Part shown: positions 47,344 to 59,865 of the stretch, in pieces
Layout: each line of letters begins with the position of its first letter
Numbering within the stretch: the first letter of the stretch is position 1
Origin: Planctomycetota bacterium
GTDB lineage: Bacteria; Planctomycetota; UBA8108; SXIK01
Direction of reading: 5' to 3'
Assembly (NCBI GenBank): GCA_965223845.1
Contig: CBDCXR010000004.1
Location: 7,360,001-7,424,000, forward strand
DNA: 64,000 nt
Made by a program: the position numbers and the translations under genes
Notes under the pieces: model-generated
Database searches by the model: none
Told to the model about the DNA's origin: nothing
Seen by the model: the letters and a program-made list of their open reading frames with translations, nothing else

Positions 47344-48237
47344 ATGCAGCACGAACTCGTCCTTCCCGGTTGTTTCGACGTGGACGACGTCGACGCCTTC
47401 CGCGCCGGCTACGACTCTGAGGCTTTCGAGTTCGAGCATCACTTCGTCGACCATCCGCTTTTCGAGCGCGACCGATTGATCGAGCTTGCGCGCTTCTTGT
47501 CCGATCGCCCGGGCGATGTCTTCTACAACGTCGGCGACGTGCAGGTGGGCGAGTCCTTCGATGATCGCGGACCGGCGGACATCTCGGTCGTCGAAGCGAT
47601 CGAGCGGATCGAGGAGAGCGGCTCGTGGGTCGTCCTGAAGCGCATCGAGCGTCACCCGGACTACGCGTGGATCATCGACCGAGCGAAGAACGAGCTCGGT
47701 GAGCTCCGCGGAATCGATCCGAAGACGGCGATCCGCGAGAGCGAGGCGTTTCTGTTTCTCGCGTCGCCGAATCGAGTCACGTCGTATCACATCGATCCCG
47801 AGGTCGGCTTTCTCTTTCAGATTTCGGGTGAGAAAACCGTCTACACCTTCGACCGCGAAGATCCCGAGGTGCTCACCCAGGAAGAGCTCGAGCGGTACTA
47901 CTACCACGGCGACAGCGGCGCGACCCAGTACCGCGAAGAGCTACAGAATCGCGCGGAGGCCCACGTGATCGAACCGGGAACGGGTGTCCACCTCCCGGTC
48001 CACACCCCGCACTGGGTTCAGAATCACGACAACGTCTCGCTGTCCATGAGCATCGGTTTCGAGTTTTGGGCGTCGCGCTTTCGGTGCAGTGCGTACCGCG
48101 CGAACTACGCGCTCCGGCGTCTCGGGTTCCGGCCGCGAGCTCCCGGAACGTCACCGCTCGTCGACAAGATGAAGTGGGGGGCGTTCGGAGTCGCGCGCCG
48201 CGCCGGTCAGTCGATGCGGAAGCTTCTCGGCAAGTAG
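47344..48237 (+). CDS. JmjC/cupin-like domain protein
   Basis: VTSYHIDPE HxD motif and PHWVQN distal His. Confidence 0.8.
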   Translation: MQHELVLPGCFDVDDVDAFRAGYDSEAFEFEHHFVDHPLFERDRLIELARFLSDRPGDVFYNVGDVQVGESFDDRGPADISVVEAIERIEESGSWVVLKRIERHPDYAWIIDRAKNELGELRGIDPKTAIRESEAFLFLASPNRVTSYHIDPEVGFLFQISGEKTVYTFDREDPEVLTQEELERYYYHGDSGATQYREELQNRAEAHVIEPGTGVHLPVHTPHWVQNHDNVSLSMSIGFEFWASRFRCSAYRANYALRRLGFRPRAPGTSPLVDKMKWGAFGVARRAGQSMRKLLGK

Positions 48238-48259
48238 GCTTCGCGCTGTTTGCGGTCTG

Positions 48260-49180
48260 CTACTCGGAGCGAAGCGACCGCCGCCAGCGGCGATAGCGTT
48301 CCGCGATCGCCGCGTCGCCGGGGCGCCCCGCGTGCGATTCGATGCGATAGCGAATGATGGTGGGGGTTTTCGCTTCGATCGTGCGCGCGCTTCGCTTCGT
48401 GAGGCACGGGCCCATCCAGCCATCGTCACGGACGTGCCACAGCGTGTCGTCCCCGGTGTTCTTCGGATCGTCGAAGCACGCGATGCCGGCGATGGCCGCG
48501 GGCAAGGTCGCTCGGTCGACTCCTGCGCGCTCGGGCTGCGAGAGTCCGGAGGCATCCACGACGGGACCGCTGTAGTCGCACCACGAAGCGTGTTGCCAAA
48601 AGCACTCGCTCTCGTTCTCGCTACCGCTCGAGTTGAGGATCCATCCCCCGAGTTTTTCCGCGACGCGCATCGTTCGCGCGACACGGATGCCGAGGAGTCC
48701 GAACGGGGTCTCGCCGAGCGTGACGTCGGCGTCGGTCGCGGACTGAAGCGATACGGTGAGCTCGAGCGCGAGCTCGTCGCCGGGAAGATCGACAAACGCG
48801 AGTCCGCGCTCCTCGCGAAGGACGAGATTTCCGTCGGGCGCCTTCCACCGGCATTCGATGCTGGCTTCGACGCGCCGGCCCTTGGGTTCGGCGATCTCGA
48901 CGTCCGTCACCTCGATGCGCCCGGCACGGTGCGAGTCCTCCCAGAAGTTCACGCTGCCGACGTCGCGGTGAGCGATCCAGATGCTCTCGTGGTGCGAGTG
49001 GCCGATCGGGTCGAGAGGGTGGCCGCGCCGCGTCACTTCGATCCCGTCTGGGGCGGCGAACGGGTAGACGTACGGCCGGCGGAGCTCGGGGGCGATCCAG
49101 ACGGCCGCGACGATCGCGTCGTCGCGGCGGACGCGAAGAGCTTTCCGGGGAATGAGGTCGAGGGTGAGCGACATGATCAA
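48260..49180 (-). CDS. PmoA/DUF6807-family hypothetical protein
   Basis: RPYVYP...H.HH.SIW..H..V...NFWE...WCDYSG...WHVRDDG pattern. Confidence 0.75.
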   Translation of the reverse strand: MIMSLTLDLIPRKALRVRRDDAIVAAVWIAPELRRPYVYPFAAPDGIEVTRRGHPLDPIGHSHHESIWIAHRDVGSVNFWEDSHRAGRIEVTDVEIAEPKGRRVEASIECRWKAPDGNLVLREERGLAFVDLPGDELALELTVSLQSATDADVTLGETPFGLLGIRVARTMRVAEKLGGWILNSSGSENESECFWQHASWCDYSGPVVDASGLSQPERAGVDRATLPAAIAGIACFDDPKNTGDDTLWHVRDDGWMGPCLTKRSARTIEAKTPTIIRYRIESHAGRPGDAAIAERYRRWRRSLRSE

Positions 49181-49575
49181 GGCTCTCCGTTCGAGGACGG
49201 GGCGCGTTCAAGCGCGGCGCGGACCCGCTCGACAACGACCTTCGCGAGATTCGGATGGAGTCCGAGCGGCTCCGTCACCGAGTAGGTGACACCCGGGTGT
49301 TGCCCCGCCGCCGCGGCGGCGAGTTTCGGGATGTCCCCGGTTGCGTGGCGGCCGGGGGCCAGCATGTACGGATGGACCGAGACGTGCTCGGCGCCCGCGG
49401 CCACGCAGGCAGCGAACCCCTCTTCGATCGTCGGCCGGGCGAGCTCCATGTGCGCGATTTCGACGATTTCGCCGGGGTCGACTTCCTCCCGGACGAGATC
49501 CGCAACCGACGCGAGCATGTCGTTCGCTTCGGCGCGCTTGCTCCCGTGGTCGACGAGGAGGATCGCTCGTTTCAT
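49177..49575 (-). CDS. CbiX/SirB N-terminal-domain chelatase-like protein
   Basis: LLVDHGS, AHMELA.PTI, PYMLAPGRH, EPLG.HP. Confidence 0.9.
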   Translation of the reverse strand: MKRAILLVDHGSKRAEANDMLASVADLVREEVDPGEIVEIAHMELARPTIEEGFAACVAAGAEHVSVHPYMLAPGRHATGDIPKLAAAAAGQHPGVTYSVTEPLGLHPNLAKVVVERVRAALERAPSSNGEP

Positions 49576-49712
49576 CTCGGTTCGCCGTCGTTCTTTCCTG
49601 CGCTCGCCGGCGCGCAGAGCGCGCCCCGCCCCCTCGATCGTACCCAACCCGCCCGGCGCGGATCGTTCACAAGCGCGTTGTGCCTCCCTCGCCGCACCGC
49701 TACGATACCGGC

Positions 49713-50336
49713 ATGAGCTCTTCCGAAGGCAACGAATCCGGCTCGCGTCGACTCCTCGCATCCTCGTCCTTCAAGGCCTGGGAGAAGATCCTGATCGCGG
49801 TCGCGGCCTGTCTTCTCGTCGGTGGCGTCGGCGCGCGCGTCGTCTCGGCGATCGGTGGCTCGGAGGAGTCCTCGGGAAGATCGAGCGGAGGCGACACTTC
49901 CGCGAAGAACCGGATGATCTCCGGCAACTCGCTGGTCGATGGCGGCGGGAACGATGGGACGGTGACATCGATCCCTTTTCCCGGCTCGAGCCCGAAGACC
50001 ACGGAGACGGAGACGGCGTCGGCCGAGGATGCGGAGGTCTCTCCCGCGATGCTCCGAGGCGGCTTCGGCTTCTTCGCGGGCTTCTCGATCGGCATGGCGC
50101 TCCGAGCGTTTTTCCGTCTGACGTCGATCATCGCCGGGGTGACGCTCCTCCTTCTCTTCGGGCTCCAGTACATCGGCTGGATCGATGTGCGATGGGATGT
50201 CGTCCAGGACCAGTTCAACGCCTGGACCGAGGGGTTCAGCCGCGAATTCGGGAACTTCAAAACGTTCATCGCGGGGAGCCTCCCGACCGTCGGGCTCTCG
50301 GGGCTCGGGCTCTTCACGGGCTTTCGAAAGCGCTGA
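49713..50336 (+). CDS. FUN14-like membrane protein
   Basis: GFGFFAGFSIGMALR...LQYIGWIDVRW...GLFTGF. Confidence 0.7.
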   Translation: MSSSEGNESGSRRLLASSSFKAWEKILIAVAACLLVGGVGARVVSAIGGSEESSGRSSGGDTSAKNRMISGNSLVDGGGNDGTVTSIPFPGSSPKTTETETASAEDAEVSPAMLRGGFGFFAGFSIGMALRAFFRLTSIIAGVTLLLLFGLQYIGWIDVRWDVVQDQFNAWTEGFSREFGNFKTFIAGSLPTVGLSGLGLFTGFRKR

Positions 50337-50660
50337 TCTCGGCCAGGTTCGGCGCGACAATACACCGCGGCTGAGACGTCCGATTCGCGCTATTGACGGT
50401 GCTCGGAGCGTTCGGTAGAGTCTCGGCTTCTTCGAGAGCGATCCTCCGGAAACTGCTGCCCGGTTTCGGTTTGCTCCCTCCTCGCGGCGGTGAGGTGCCT
50501 TCGCATCTCCGGCCGTTCGTGCGCGATCGATCGCGTGCCGGCCGACGCTTTTCTCAACGGCGTCGGCGGAGCCGCGGAGCGTTCATCCTCGCCGGGTCGC
50601 GCCCGCTTCGCTCGCGGCGTTGCTGCAGGAGGGCGCGAATTCGCGGAGAAACGAGGGCGC

Positions 50661-50981
50661 GTGGAGAATCAGTCGAAGAAGAAGCTCGCGCACTGGCTCA
50701 GGTATATCGACCTGGGTCTTCAGTTCTTTGTCTCGATTGGACTCTTCACGTGGCTCGGCGTGTGGCTCGACCGCAAGCTCGAGACGGTGGTTCTCTTCAC
50801 GCTGCTCGGCGTCGCGTTCGGATTCGGTGTAGGAATGTACTCCATTTACCGGAGTCTGTTCCTGCGTCGTCCGCGCGAGGACGCGGAACGCGCGCCCGCG
50901 GAGGATCACGTCGCCTCGAGTGGCGAATCGTCTAACAACGACGAAGAGACTCGATCGGAACAAAGGGGCTCGGAGGGCTGA
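50661..50981 (+). CDS. AtpZ/AtpI-family protein
   Basis: Two TM helices with GVWLDRKL. First gene of the atp operon. Confidence 0.8.
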   Translation: MENQSKKKLAHWLRYIDLGLQFFVSIGLFTWLGVWLDRKLETVVLFTLLGVAFGFGVGMYSIYRSLFLRRPREDAERAPAEDHVASSGESSNNDEETRSEQRGSEG

Positions 50982-51034
50982 ATCGGCCCTCGAGCCGACT
51001 TCGCACCTCCTCTGCAAAGGTTCTGGACTCGACC

Positions 51035-51469
51035 GTGAGCATCGCCAGAGTGGCCTCCTTCGTTCTCGCGAGTGCCGCCGCGGTAGGAATCTCCTACGCG
51101 CTCGGTGGAGCTGCGGCTGCGCGTGGTGCGCTCGTCGGTGTGGCGATCGCCTTCGGACTCGTCGCGCTCAGCGCGGGATTGCTACTTCGCGCGGGCGCGG
51201 ATCCGCAGCGGTTGAGCGCGGTGATGCTCGGAGGGATGATCGTCAGCCTTGTCGTGCTCGTCGGGGCGATGCTTGTTGTCAGCGCAGTCGCTCCGGAATA
51301 CCTCGTTCCGAGCTCGCTCACTTCCGTCCTTGTCTACATGGTCTATCGCGTATTCGAAGCAACGGATGTGAGCCGGAAGCTTAGCTCGGGAACGAGTCCG
51401 GCCGAGTCCCCGAATGCGTCATCGATCGGTTCCGTCGGGCGGCAAACGGGAGAATCCGCGGCGTCATGA
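51035..51469 (+). CDS. ATP synthase protein I-like membrane protein
   Basis: Four hydrophobic helices. ATGA overlap with atpB. Confidence 0.65.
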   Translation: MSIARVASFVLASAAAVGISYALGGAAAARGALVGVAIAFGLVALSAGLLLRAGADPQRLSAVMLGGMIVSLVVLVGAMLVVSAVAPEYLVPSSLTSVLVYMVYRVFEATDVSRKLSSGTSPAESPNASSIGSVGRQTGESAAS

Positions 51470-52275
51470 CACCCTGTTTACCCCATTTCCTTCTCGCAGC
51501 GGATCCGCTCGGGCACGTCGTCGACTATCCGCTGTTCGAAATCGACGCGCTCTGGAGCATCGGCCTCACGAAGCAGGTCTTCATGTTCCTCCTCGCCGGC
51601 GTCCTCACGATCCTCTTCTTTTGGGGATACGCGAAGAACGCGGGCAAAGAGAAGGTTCCGTCGCGCTACGGGAACTTCGTCGAGTCCTTGCTCCTCTTCA
51701 TCCGCGACCAGATGACGCGCCCCTTCATGGGCGAGCACGGCGACAAATTCGTTCCCGTCTTGACGACGTTTTTTACGTACATCCTCTTTTGCAATCTGCT
51801 TGGGATGATCCCGCTCTTCGACTACATGGGTCACGGCGGGAATACGGCGACTGGCAATCTCTGCATCAATGCCGGTCTCGCCGCTTGCGCCTTCGCGTTC
51901 TATCACTTCCAAGGGATCAAGGAACAAGGCGGGTTCGTCACGTACGCGAAGAATCTCTTTCCGCACGTTCCCCTCTTCGTCCTCCCGATCATCGTGGTCG
52001 TCGAGCTCGTCGCTCATATCGTGCGGCCGTGCGCGCTCGCGATTCGACTTTTTGCGAATATGCTCGCCGGACACATCATGCTGGCGATCTTGCTCGGCTT
52101 CACCGCGGTGTTTACGAAGGACTTTATCGTGGGAGGCGGGCTGATCGCGATCGTGTCGACTCTCGCGGTGACGGCGCTCTCGTTCCTCGAGCTTCTCGTC
52201 GCGATGATTCAGGCGTTCGTGTTCACGTTCCTCACGACGGTGTTTCTCGCCGGCGCGGTGCATCCCGAGCACTGA
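51466..52275 (+). CDS. atpB: F0 subunit a
   Basis: NLLGMIP, TATGN, LAIRLFANMLAGH, LELLVAMIQAFVF. Confidence 0.95.
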   Translation: MTPCLPHFLLAADPLGHVVDYPLFEIDALWSIGLTKQVFMFLLAGVLTILFFWGYAKNAGKEKVPSRYGNFVESLLLFIRDQMTRPFMGEHGDKFVPVLTTFFTYILFCNLLGMIPLFDYMGHGGNTATGNLCINAGLAACAFAFYHFQGIKEQGGFVTYAKNLFPHVPLFVLPIIVVVELVAHIVRPCALAIRLFANMLAGHIMLAILLGFTAVFTKDFIVGGGLIAIVSTLAVTALSFLELLVAMIQAFVFTFLTTVFLAGAVHPEH

Positions 52276-52489
52276 GCGGGCTCTTCGGGGCGGCGCGGAA
52301 CTTCAGTAAGAATACAGTGCGGGCAGACGTGGGATGCGATGCGGTGCCGACGGACGGAACCGATCGCGTATCGAACAGACGATTTGAGCGCTTCCACCGG
52401 AAGCGCGGATGTCACTGAGTGCGCACCCGTCGAGTGAGGTGCTCATTCGCTCAGTGGCAGAACCTTTCATCGAAGGAGTCCATACTGCG

Positions 52490-52792
52490 ATGACCAGCTC
52501 CCTCGCATTCTTGACCTCGATCACCGCGATTCTCGGTCAGACCGCCTATCCGGAGCACCTCTACACGATGCTCGGCGTCGGTCTCGGCGCGGGCCTCGCT
52601 TGCCTCGGTGCGGGATTCGGAATCGGCAAGATCGCCTCGGCGGCCGTCGAGAGCATCGCGCGTCAGCCGGACGCGTCCGGCGACATCCGCGGCGCCATGA
52701 TCCTCACCGCCGCGTTTATCGAGGGTGTGTGCCTCTTCGGCGTCGTCGTGACGCTTCTTGGCGTGCTCAATCTCGGCGGCGGTGCCAGCTGA
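52490..52792 (+). CDS. atpE: F0 subunit c
   Basis: GAGFGIG, ARQP loop, FIEG carboxylate. Confidence 0.95.
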   Translation: MTSSLAFLTSITAILGQTAYPEHLYTMLGVGLGAGLACLGAGFGIGKIASAAVESIARQPDASGDIRGAMILTAAFIEGVCLFGVVVTLLGVLNLGGGAS

Positions 52793-52822
52793 GTCCGTTC
52801 GGTTCCTTTTGGGAGAACGATC

Positions 52823-53422
52823 ATGATAAGTGGGAAGACCACTCTCGATCGTCTCGACCGCGGACGGCTGCGGCCTTGGTGGTGCGCGTTCGTCGTGCTC
52901 GCTTCGTCGGCGTCTCCGCTCCTCGCGGCGGAAACCGGTGGGTCGTACATCCTGCCGTCGACGATCTGGGCGATCGTTTCGTTCCTCATCGTCCTTTTCG
53001 TCCTCACGAAGAAGCTGATTCCGCCGATTCTGAAGGCGATGGACGATCGGGCAAAGGAGATTCGCGAATCCCTCGACGCGGCGGCACTCGCGAAGGCGGA
53101 CGCCGAGAAGATGATCTCGCAGCACGAGTCCGAGCTCGAAAAGGCTCGGGACGAGGCGACCGCGATCATCGAGGAGGGACGAGCCGACGCTCAGCGTCTC
53201 AAGGACTCGATCGTCGCCAGCGCTAAAAAAGAGGCGCAGGAGATCACGGACCGCTCGGTGCGTGAGATCGAACAAGCGAAGGTCACCGCGGTCGACGAGC
53301 TCCAAAAGATGTCGGCGCGCCTCGCGATCGACATCGCGAGTGAGCTCATTCGCAAGAATCTCAATCCGGAGGAACAGCGTCAGCTGATCGAAGAGCGCAT
53401 CAGAGAGTTTCCCGCGGCGTAG
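52823..53422 (+). CDS. atpF: F0 subunit b
   Basis: TM WAIVSFLIVLFVL..K...PPI followed by a coiled coil. Operon position agrees. Confidence 0.92.
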   Translation: MISGKTTLDRLDRGRLRPWWCAFVVLASSASPLLAAETGGSYILPSTIWAIVSFLIVLFVLTKKLIPPILKAMDDRAKEIRESLDAAALAKADAEKMISQHESELEKARDEATAIIEEGRADAQRLKDSIVASAKKEAQEITDRSVREIEQAKVTAVDELQKMSARLAIDIASELIRKNLNPEEQRQLIEERIREFPAA

Positions 53423-53481
53423 ACCTCGCCGTCGCTCTCCGGTCCTCGTATCGGCGTTCCGGCCGTGGCTTCGAGACACCA

Positions 53482-54051
53482 ATGACCCTAGAACCGTTCA
53501 TCGTTTCCTATTCGCATGCACTGCTCGAGTTCGCCGACGAGAAAGGCGAGCTCGACGCGGTTCGCGATGCGGCGGAGCTCGTGATCAAGATTCTTCGCGA
53601 GGAGACGCGGCTCCGCCTCTTCCTCGAGAGTCCGCGTATCGACCGCGCGAGCAAGCTCAGCGCGATCGATGCGGCGTTCAAGGGCAAGGTCGCCGAGACC
53701 TTCTACCGGTTCGTCCGGCTCGTGACGAGCAAGGGGCGGATCGCGAGTCTCGGTGAGATCCTCGAGCAATTCCTCGTCGATCACGACGCCCACCTCGGAC
53801 GCGTCAACGTCTCCGTGACGACTGCGGTTCCTCTCGAGGAAACGCAGACGAAGAGTCTCGTGGACACGCTCGAGAAGAAGCTCGACAAGACGGTTCGCCT
53901 CTCTCCAAACGTCGACGAGTCGATCCTCGGCGGTATGGTCGTCCGGTTCGACGGCATGGTCGCCGACAGCAGCCTCCGCACATCGCTCGAAGAAGTCACC
54001 GATCGCTGGTTGTCCCTGAAACTAGGGAGTGAGTTCGTCCATGAAGATTAA
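53482..54051 (+). CDS. atpH: F1 subunit delta
   Basis: YSHALL...SP.I...VDESILGG...DSSL. Confidence 0.93.
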   Translation: MTLEPFIVSYSHALLEFADEKGELDAVRDAAELVIKILREETRLRLFLESPRIDRASKLSAIDAAFKGKVAETFYRFVRLVTSKGRIASLGEILEQFLVDHDAHLGRVNVSVTTAVPLEETQTKSLVDTLEKKLDKTVRLSPNVDESILGGMVVRFDGMVADSSLRTSLEEVTDRWLSLKLGSEFVHED

Positions 54052-55582
54052 CCCCGAAGAAATCACCTCGATCCTCAAGCAGCAGCTCGACAAGTTCGAG
54101 TCGGACTACCAGCTCGAAGAAGAGGGGACGATCATCGAAGTCGGCGACGGCATCGCGCGCGTCTACGGACTCTCGAACGCTTGCGCGGGCGAGATGCTCG
54201 AGTTCTCGAACGGATCGAAGGGAATGGCCTTCAACCTCGAAGAGTCGAGTATCGGCGCCGTGATCCTCGGCGAGTACGAGGATCTGCGCGAAGGCGATCC
54301 GGTGAAGCGGACCGGTGGTGTCGTCCGCGTCCCCGTCGGCGATGCGCTCGTCGGGCGTGTGGTCGATCCGCTCGGAAATCCGCTCGACGGCAAGGGGCCG
54401 ATCAATACGAAGGAGGAGCGGGCGGTCGAGCAAACGGCGCCTGGTATCGCGGATCGCCAACCGGTGTTCGAGCCGCTTCAGACGGGAATCAAGGCGATCG
54501 ACAGCATGATCCCGATCGGTCGCGGCCAGCGAGAGCTCATCATCGGTGACCGCGGCACCGGGAAGACGGCGATCGGCATCGACACGATCATCAACCAGAA
54601 GGGTAAGGACGTCATCTGCGTGTACGTGGCGATCGGCCAGAAGGCGTCGACCGTTGCGGGCGTCGTCGAACAGCTCACCGCGCACGGCGCGATGGACTAC
54701 ACGATCGTCGTCAACGCGCCGGCGTCGACTCCGGCTCCGCTCCAGTACATCGCCCCGTACTCGGGTACGGCGATGGCCGAGTATTTCATGCTGAACGGTG
54801 GCCACACGCTCTGCGTGTACGACGATCTCACGAAGCAGGCGGCGGCGTACCGGCAGATGTCGCTGCTTCTCCGCCGTCCGCCGGGACGCGAGGCCTACCC
54901 CGGCGACGTCTTCTACCTGCACTCGCGCCTGCTCGAACGCGCGGCGAAGCTCTCCGACGACCTCGGCGCCGGGTCGTTGACCTCGCTCCCCGTCATCGAG
55001 ACGCAGGAAGGTGAAGTCTCGGCGTACATTCCGACGAACGTGATCTCGATCACCGACGGTCAGATTTACCTTCAGCCCGATCTTTTCTTCGCTGGCGTGC
55101 GCCCCGCGGTCGACGTCGGAATCTCGGTGTCGCGCGTCGGTGGAAACGCTCAGATCAAGGGAATGAAGAAGATCGCGGGCTCGCTCCGCCTCGACCTCGC
55201 GCAGTTCCGCGAGCTCGAAGCGTTCGCTCAGCTCGGAACCGAGCTCGACAAGGCGACGCAGGCGCAGCTCGATCGCGGGTTCCGCATGGTCGAGCTCCTC
55301 AAGCAGGATCAGTACCAACCGATGGACGTCGTCGATCAGGTGATCTCCATCTGGGCCGGTACTCAGGGATATCTCGACGACGTCGGCGTCGATCAGGTGA
55401 GCGCGTTCGAGAAGGGACTCCTTCACGAGATCCATTCGGCGCACAAGGAGATCCCGGCGGCGATCGAGAAGGACAAGGATCTCTCGGACGAAACCGTCGA
55501 GCTCCTCAAGAAGGTTCTCGATCAATTCGTGAAGGACTTCGCCGCCGGAAAGATCGGCGAGTCCTCCTCAGAAGCGGCGTAA
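54041..55582 (+). CDS. atpA: F1 subunit alpha
   Basis: [39 protein letters not shown]. Confidence 0.97.
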   Translation: MKINPEEITSILKQQLDKFESDYQLEEEGTIIEVGDGIARVYGLSNACAGEMLEFSNGSKGMAFNLEESSIGAVILGEYEDLREGDPVKRTGGVVRVPVGDALVGRVVDPLGNPLDGKGPINTKEERAVEQTAPGIADRQPVFEPLQTGIKAIDSMIPIGRGQRELIIGDRGTGKTAIGIDTIINQKGKDVICVYVAIGQKASTVAGVVEQLTAHGAMDYTIVVNAPASTPAPLQYIAPYSGTAMAEYFMLNGGHTLCVYDDLTKQAAAYRQMSLLLRRPPGREAYPGDVFYLHSRLLERAAKLSDDLGAGSLTSLPVIETQEGEVSAYIPTNVISITDGQIYLQPDLFFAGVRPAVDVGISVSRVGGNAQIKGMKKIAGSLRLDLAQFRELEAFAQLGTELDKATQAQLDRGFRMVELLKQDQYQPMDVVDQVISIWAGTQGYLDDVGVDQVSAFEKGLLHEIHSAHKEIPAAIEKDKDLSDETVELLKKVLDQFVKDFAAGKIGESSSEAA

Positions 55583-55622
55583 GAGACGGGCTCGGTTAGA
55601 GGCGGAATAGAGAGACCGATCG

Positions 55623-56495
55623 ATGGCGAGTGCCCGGGACCTCAAGAAGCAGATCCGTAGCGTCTCGAACACTACGAAGATCACGCGCACGATGGAGATG
55701 GTCGCGACGGCGAAGTCGAAGCGCGCGCAGGGGCGCGTCGAGTCGGCGCTGCCGTACACCGACAAGCTGCGCTCGATCCTCGCGAGCCTCAAGGACGCCG
55801 GCACGATCGCGCACGCGCTCCTCGAGGAGCGGGAAGTGAAGCGCTCGGCGCTTCTCATCCTGACGGCGAATCGGGGACTCTGCGGCGGGTACAACGCGAA
55901 CGTCTTGTCGGCGGCGGAGAAGTGGCATCGCGAGGAGATCTCGGCCGGACGCGAAGCGGACATTTACGTCGTCGGACGAAAGGGTGTCGCGCGTCTTCGG
56001 TATCTCCGCATCGAGTCGCACCGCCAGTACACGCACTTCGGTGACGAGCCGAGCTTCGCGGAGGTCGACGAGGTCGCGAGCGAGTTTCTCGCCCGATTCT
56101 TGAGCGGGGAGCTCGACCGGGTGGTGGCCGCCTCCACGCGTTACATCTCGGCGGCGAACCAGCGCGTCGAGCTCGCTCAGATCCTCCCGATCCCCGGCGA
56201 GACGGAAGATGCCGGCGACGAAACGGCGGGCGGTGAGGTCGACTATCTCTTCGAGCCGGATCGAGAGACGATCCTGAAGACGCTCCTCCCGCTGTCGGTG
56301 AAGCAGAGCGTTTATCGCCTCTTCCTCGAGGCGGCGGTGAGCGAGCACATCGCCCGGCGCGTCGCGATGAAGAATGCGAGCGACAATGCAGAAGAGATGC
56401 TCGGTTTCTACCGGCGCAAGTACAACCGCGAGCGCCAGGCGGGCATCACGCAGCAAATCATGGAGATCGTCGGCGGGGCAGAGGCGCTTTCGTAG
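55623..56495 (+). CDS. atpG: F1 subunit gamma
   Basis: KITRTMEMVA, RGLCGGYN, YNRERQAGITQ. Confidence 0.96.
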   Translation: MASARDLKKQIRSVSNTTKITRTMEMVATAKSKRAQGRVESALPYTDKLRSILASLKDAGTIAHALLEEREVKRSALLILTANRGLCGGYNANVLSAAEKWHREEISAGREADIYVVGRKGVARLRYLRIESHRQYTHFGDEPSFAEVDEVASEFLARFLSGELDRVVAASTRYISAANQRVELAQILPIPGETEDAGDETAGGEVDYLFEPDRETILKTLLPLSVKQSVYRLFLEAAVSEHIARRVAMKNASDNAEEMLGFYRRKYNRERQAGITQQIMEIVGGAEALS

Positions 56496-56539
56496 CGCGC
56501 CGACGGGTTGTGAGCGTATCCGACAGTAAAGAATCATAG

Positions 56540-58090
<1,551 letters not shown>

Positions 58091-58137
58091 TCCGTCGGTA
58101 CCGAAGCGACGAATTCGAGCCGCCTGTGGAGTAGCCC

Positions 58138-58539
58138 ATGGCCACCCTTGAATGTGTGATCACGAGTCCGGAAGAGCTCGCGTTTGAAGGACGCGCGCGA
58201 TCGGTCGTGGTTCCCGCGATCGATGGCTCTCTCGGGATCCTCCCGCGACACGCGCCGCTCGTCGGAGCGCTCGGAAGCGGCGAGCTCCGCATGGACCTCG
58301 AGGACGGAACGACGGCGCGCTATATGGTGGTCGGCGGCGGATTCGTGGAAGTCGTCCGCGGTCGAGTGACGATTCTCGCGGCGACGCTCGAGGATCTTTC
58401 GACCCTCGACCGATCGGACGCCGAGGCGAAGCTCGCCGAGGTGATCGCGCGGAAGCCACAGACCAAGGATATCGACGAGCTCGAGGCGTACGGCGAAGAC
58501 GTTCGCGTTGCGAAGCGCCGCGTCCAGCTCGTGAAGTGA
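58138..58539 (+). CDS. atpC: F1 subunit epsilon
   Basis: GSLGILPRHAPL, GGFVEV. Confidence 0.95.
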   Translation: MATLECVITSPEELAFEGRARSVVVPAIDGSLGILPRHAPLVGALGSGELRMDLEDGTTARYMVVGGGFVEVVRGRVTILAATLEDLSTLDRSDAEAKLAEVIARKPQTKDIDELEAYGEDVRVAKRRVQLVK

Positions 58540-58576
58540 GCGAGATCGCCGATCGCCCGCCGCCCGGAGCGTTGCG

Positions 58577-59440
58577 ATGAAGTTCGCGGAGTACTTTGGG
58601 GACCAGTCGGGTCCCGTGATCTCCTTCGAGCTCTTCCCGCCGAAGACCGACGCGGCGATGGCCCAGCTCGGGCGCGTCCTTCCGCGTCTCGTCGCCCTCG
58701 AGCCGAGCTTTATGACCGTGACGTACGGCGCGTTCGGCTCGACGCAGGAGCGAACCCTGGAAATCGCCGCGGGAATCAAGCGCGATCACGGGATCGAGAC
58801 GGCTTCGCACCTCACCTGCGTCGGCTCGACGAGGGAGCAGATCGACTCGATCGTCTCCTCGATCCGCTCCTCTGGGCTCGAAAACATCGTCGCCCTCCGG
58901 GGCGACCCTCCGGCGGGAGAGACCGAGTTCGTCGCCCCCGAGGGCGGATTCGCGCACGCGAACGAGCTGGTCACGCATCTCAGCGCGCACCACGACGTCG
59001 GCATCGCCGTCGCGGGATATCCTGAGACTCACGTCGAGGCACCCGACGCCGCAACGGACTTAGCCAACCTCGTCCGCAAGGTCGACGCGGGCGCAGACGT
59101 CGTCATCACGCAGCTCTTCTACGACAATCGCGACTTCTTCGCTTTCGTCGAGCGCGCGCGTGAGGCGGGGATTCGCGTGCCGATCGTGCCGGGGATTCTT
59201 CCGATTCAATCGCTCGCTCAGATCCAGCGCATCGCAGGACTCTGCGGCGCGAAGATTCCCGCGGAGCTCGAGCGGGATCTCGAAGCCGCGGCCGACGACG
59301 CCGACAAGGTGCGCTCGATCGGTGTCGAGTGGGCGATCGCGCAGTGTAAGGATCTCCTCGCGCGCGGCGCGCCTGGGATTCACTTCTACGTGCTCAATCG
59401 ATCGCGGCACATGGAAGCGATCATGGCCGCGATTCGCTGA
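58577..59440 (+). CDS. metF: 5,10-methylenetetrahydrofolate reductase
   Basis: SFELFPPK, VTYGA, HLTC, ALRGDPP, AGYPE.H, ITQLFYD, HFYVLN. Confidence 0.95.
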   Translation: MKFAEYFGDQSGPVISFELFPPKTDAAMAQLGRVLPRLVALEPSFMTVTYGAFGSTQERTLEIAAGIKRDHGIETASHLTCVGSTREQIDSIVSSIRSSGLENIVALRGDPPAGETEFVAPEGGFAHANELVTHLSAHHDVGIAVAGYPETHVEAPDAATDLANLVRKVDAGADVVITQLFYDNRDFFAFVERAREAGIRVPIVPGILPIQSLAQIQRIAGLCGAKIPAELERDLEAAADDADKVRSIGVEWAIAQCKDLLARGAPGIHFYVLNRSRHMEAIMAAIR

Positions 59441-59865
59441 GCCGCCGGACGCGCTCAAAGAAGAGCGGCGCCGCGCGGAGGCTCGGTGGTCGAGCGCCCG
59501 ACGCGCAAGCTCAACTGGGGCGTCGCCGGGTTCCGAGCGGGAGGATTCGAGGGCGCGAGGTGAAATGACTCCCCGGGGTAAGGCCGCGTGTCCAAGCTCC
59601 TTCCTTATCCTACGGATAAACCAAAAACGCTTGAGACAGCCTTCTCCGACTCCCGAAATGCGCCTCGCACCCGGGGAGCGCTGGTGGATAGAGCAAGCGC
59701 CATTCCATCGGACCGCCCTGCCGGAGATTCTTGCAATTCATTGTGAGGGAACGGGTTGTGGGCGTCTCCCGAAACGGCGCGCGCGCGTGCGACGTGTAAA
59801 GTGCCCTTTGCAATGTGTCGCTGGGTTCCCGGCGCGCGCGTGCGAAACGGTGGTCGCAGTCGACC

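Noticed and set aside
48260-49180. Methane monooxygenase
   Set aside because: The 'PmoA' family name is misleading. The protein is soluble and beta-rich, and there are no pmoC or pmoB neighbours.
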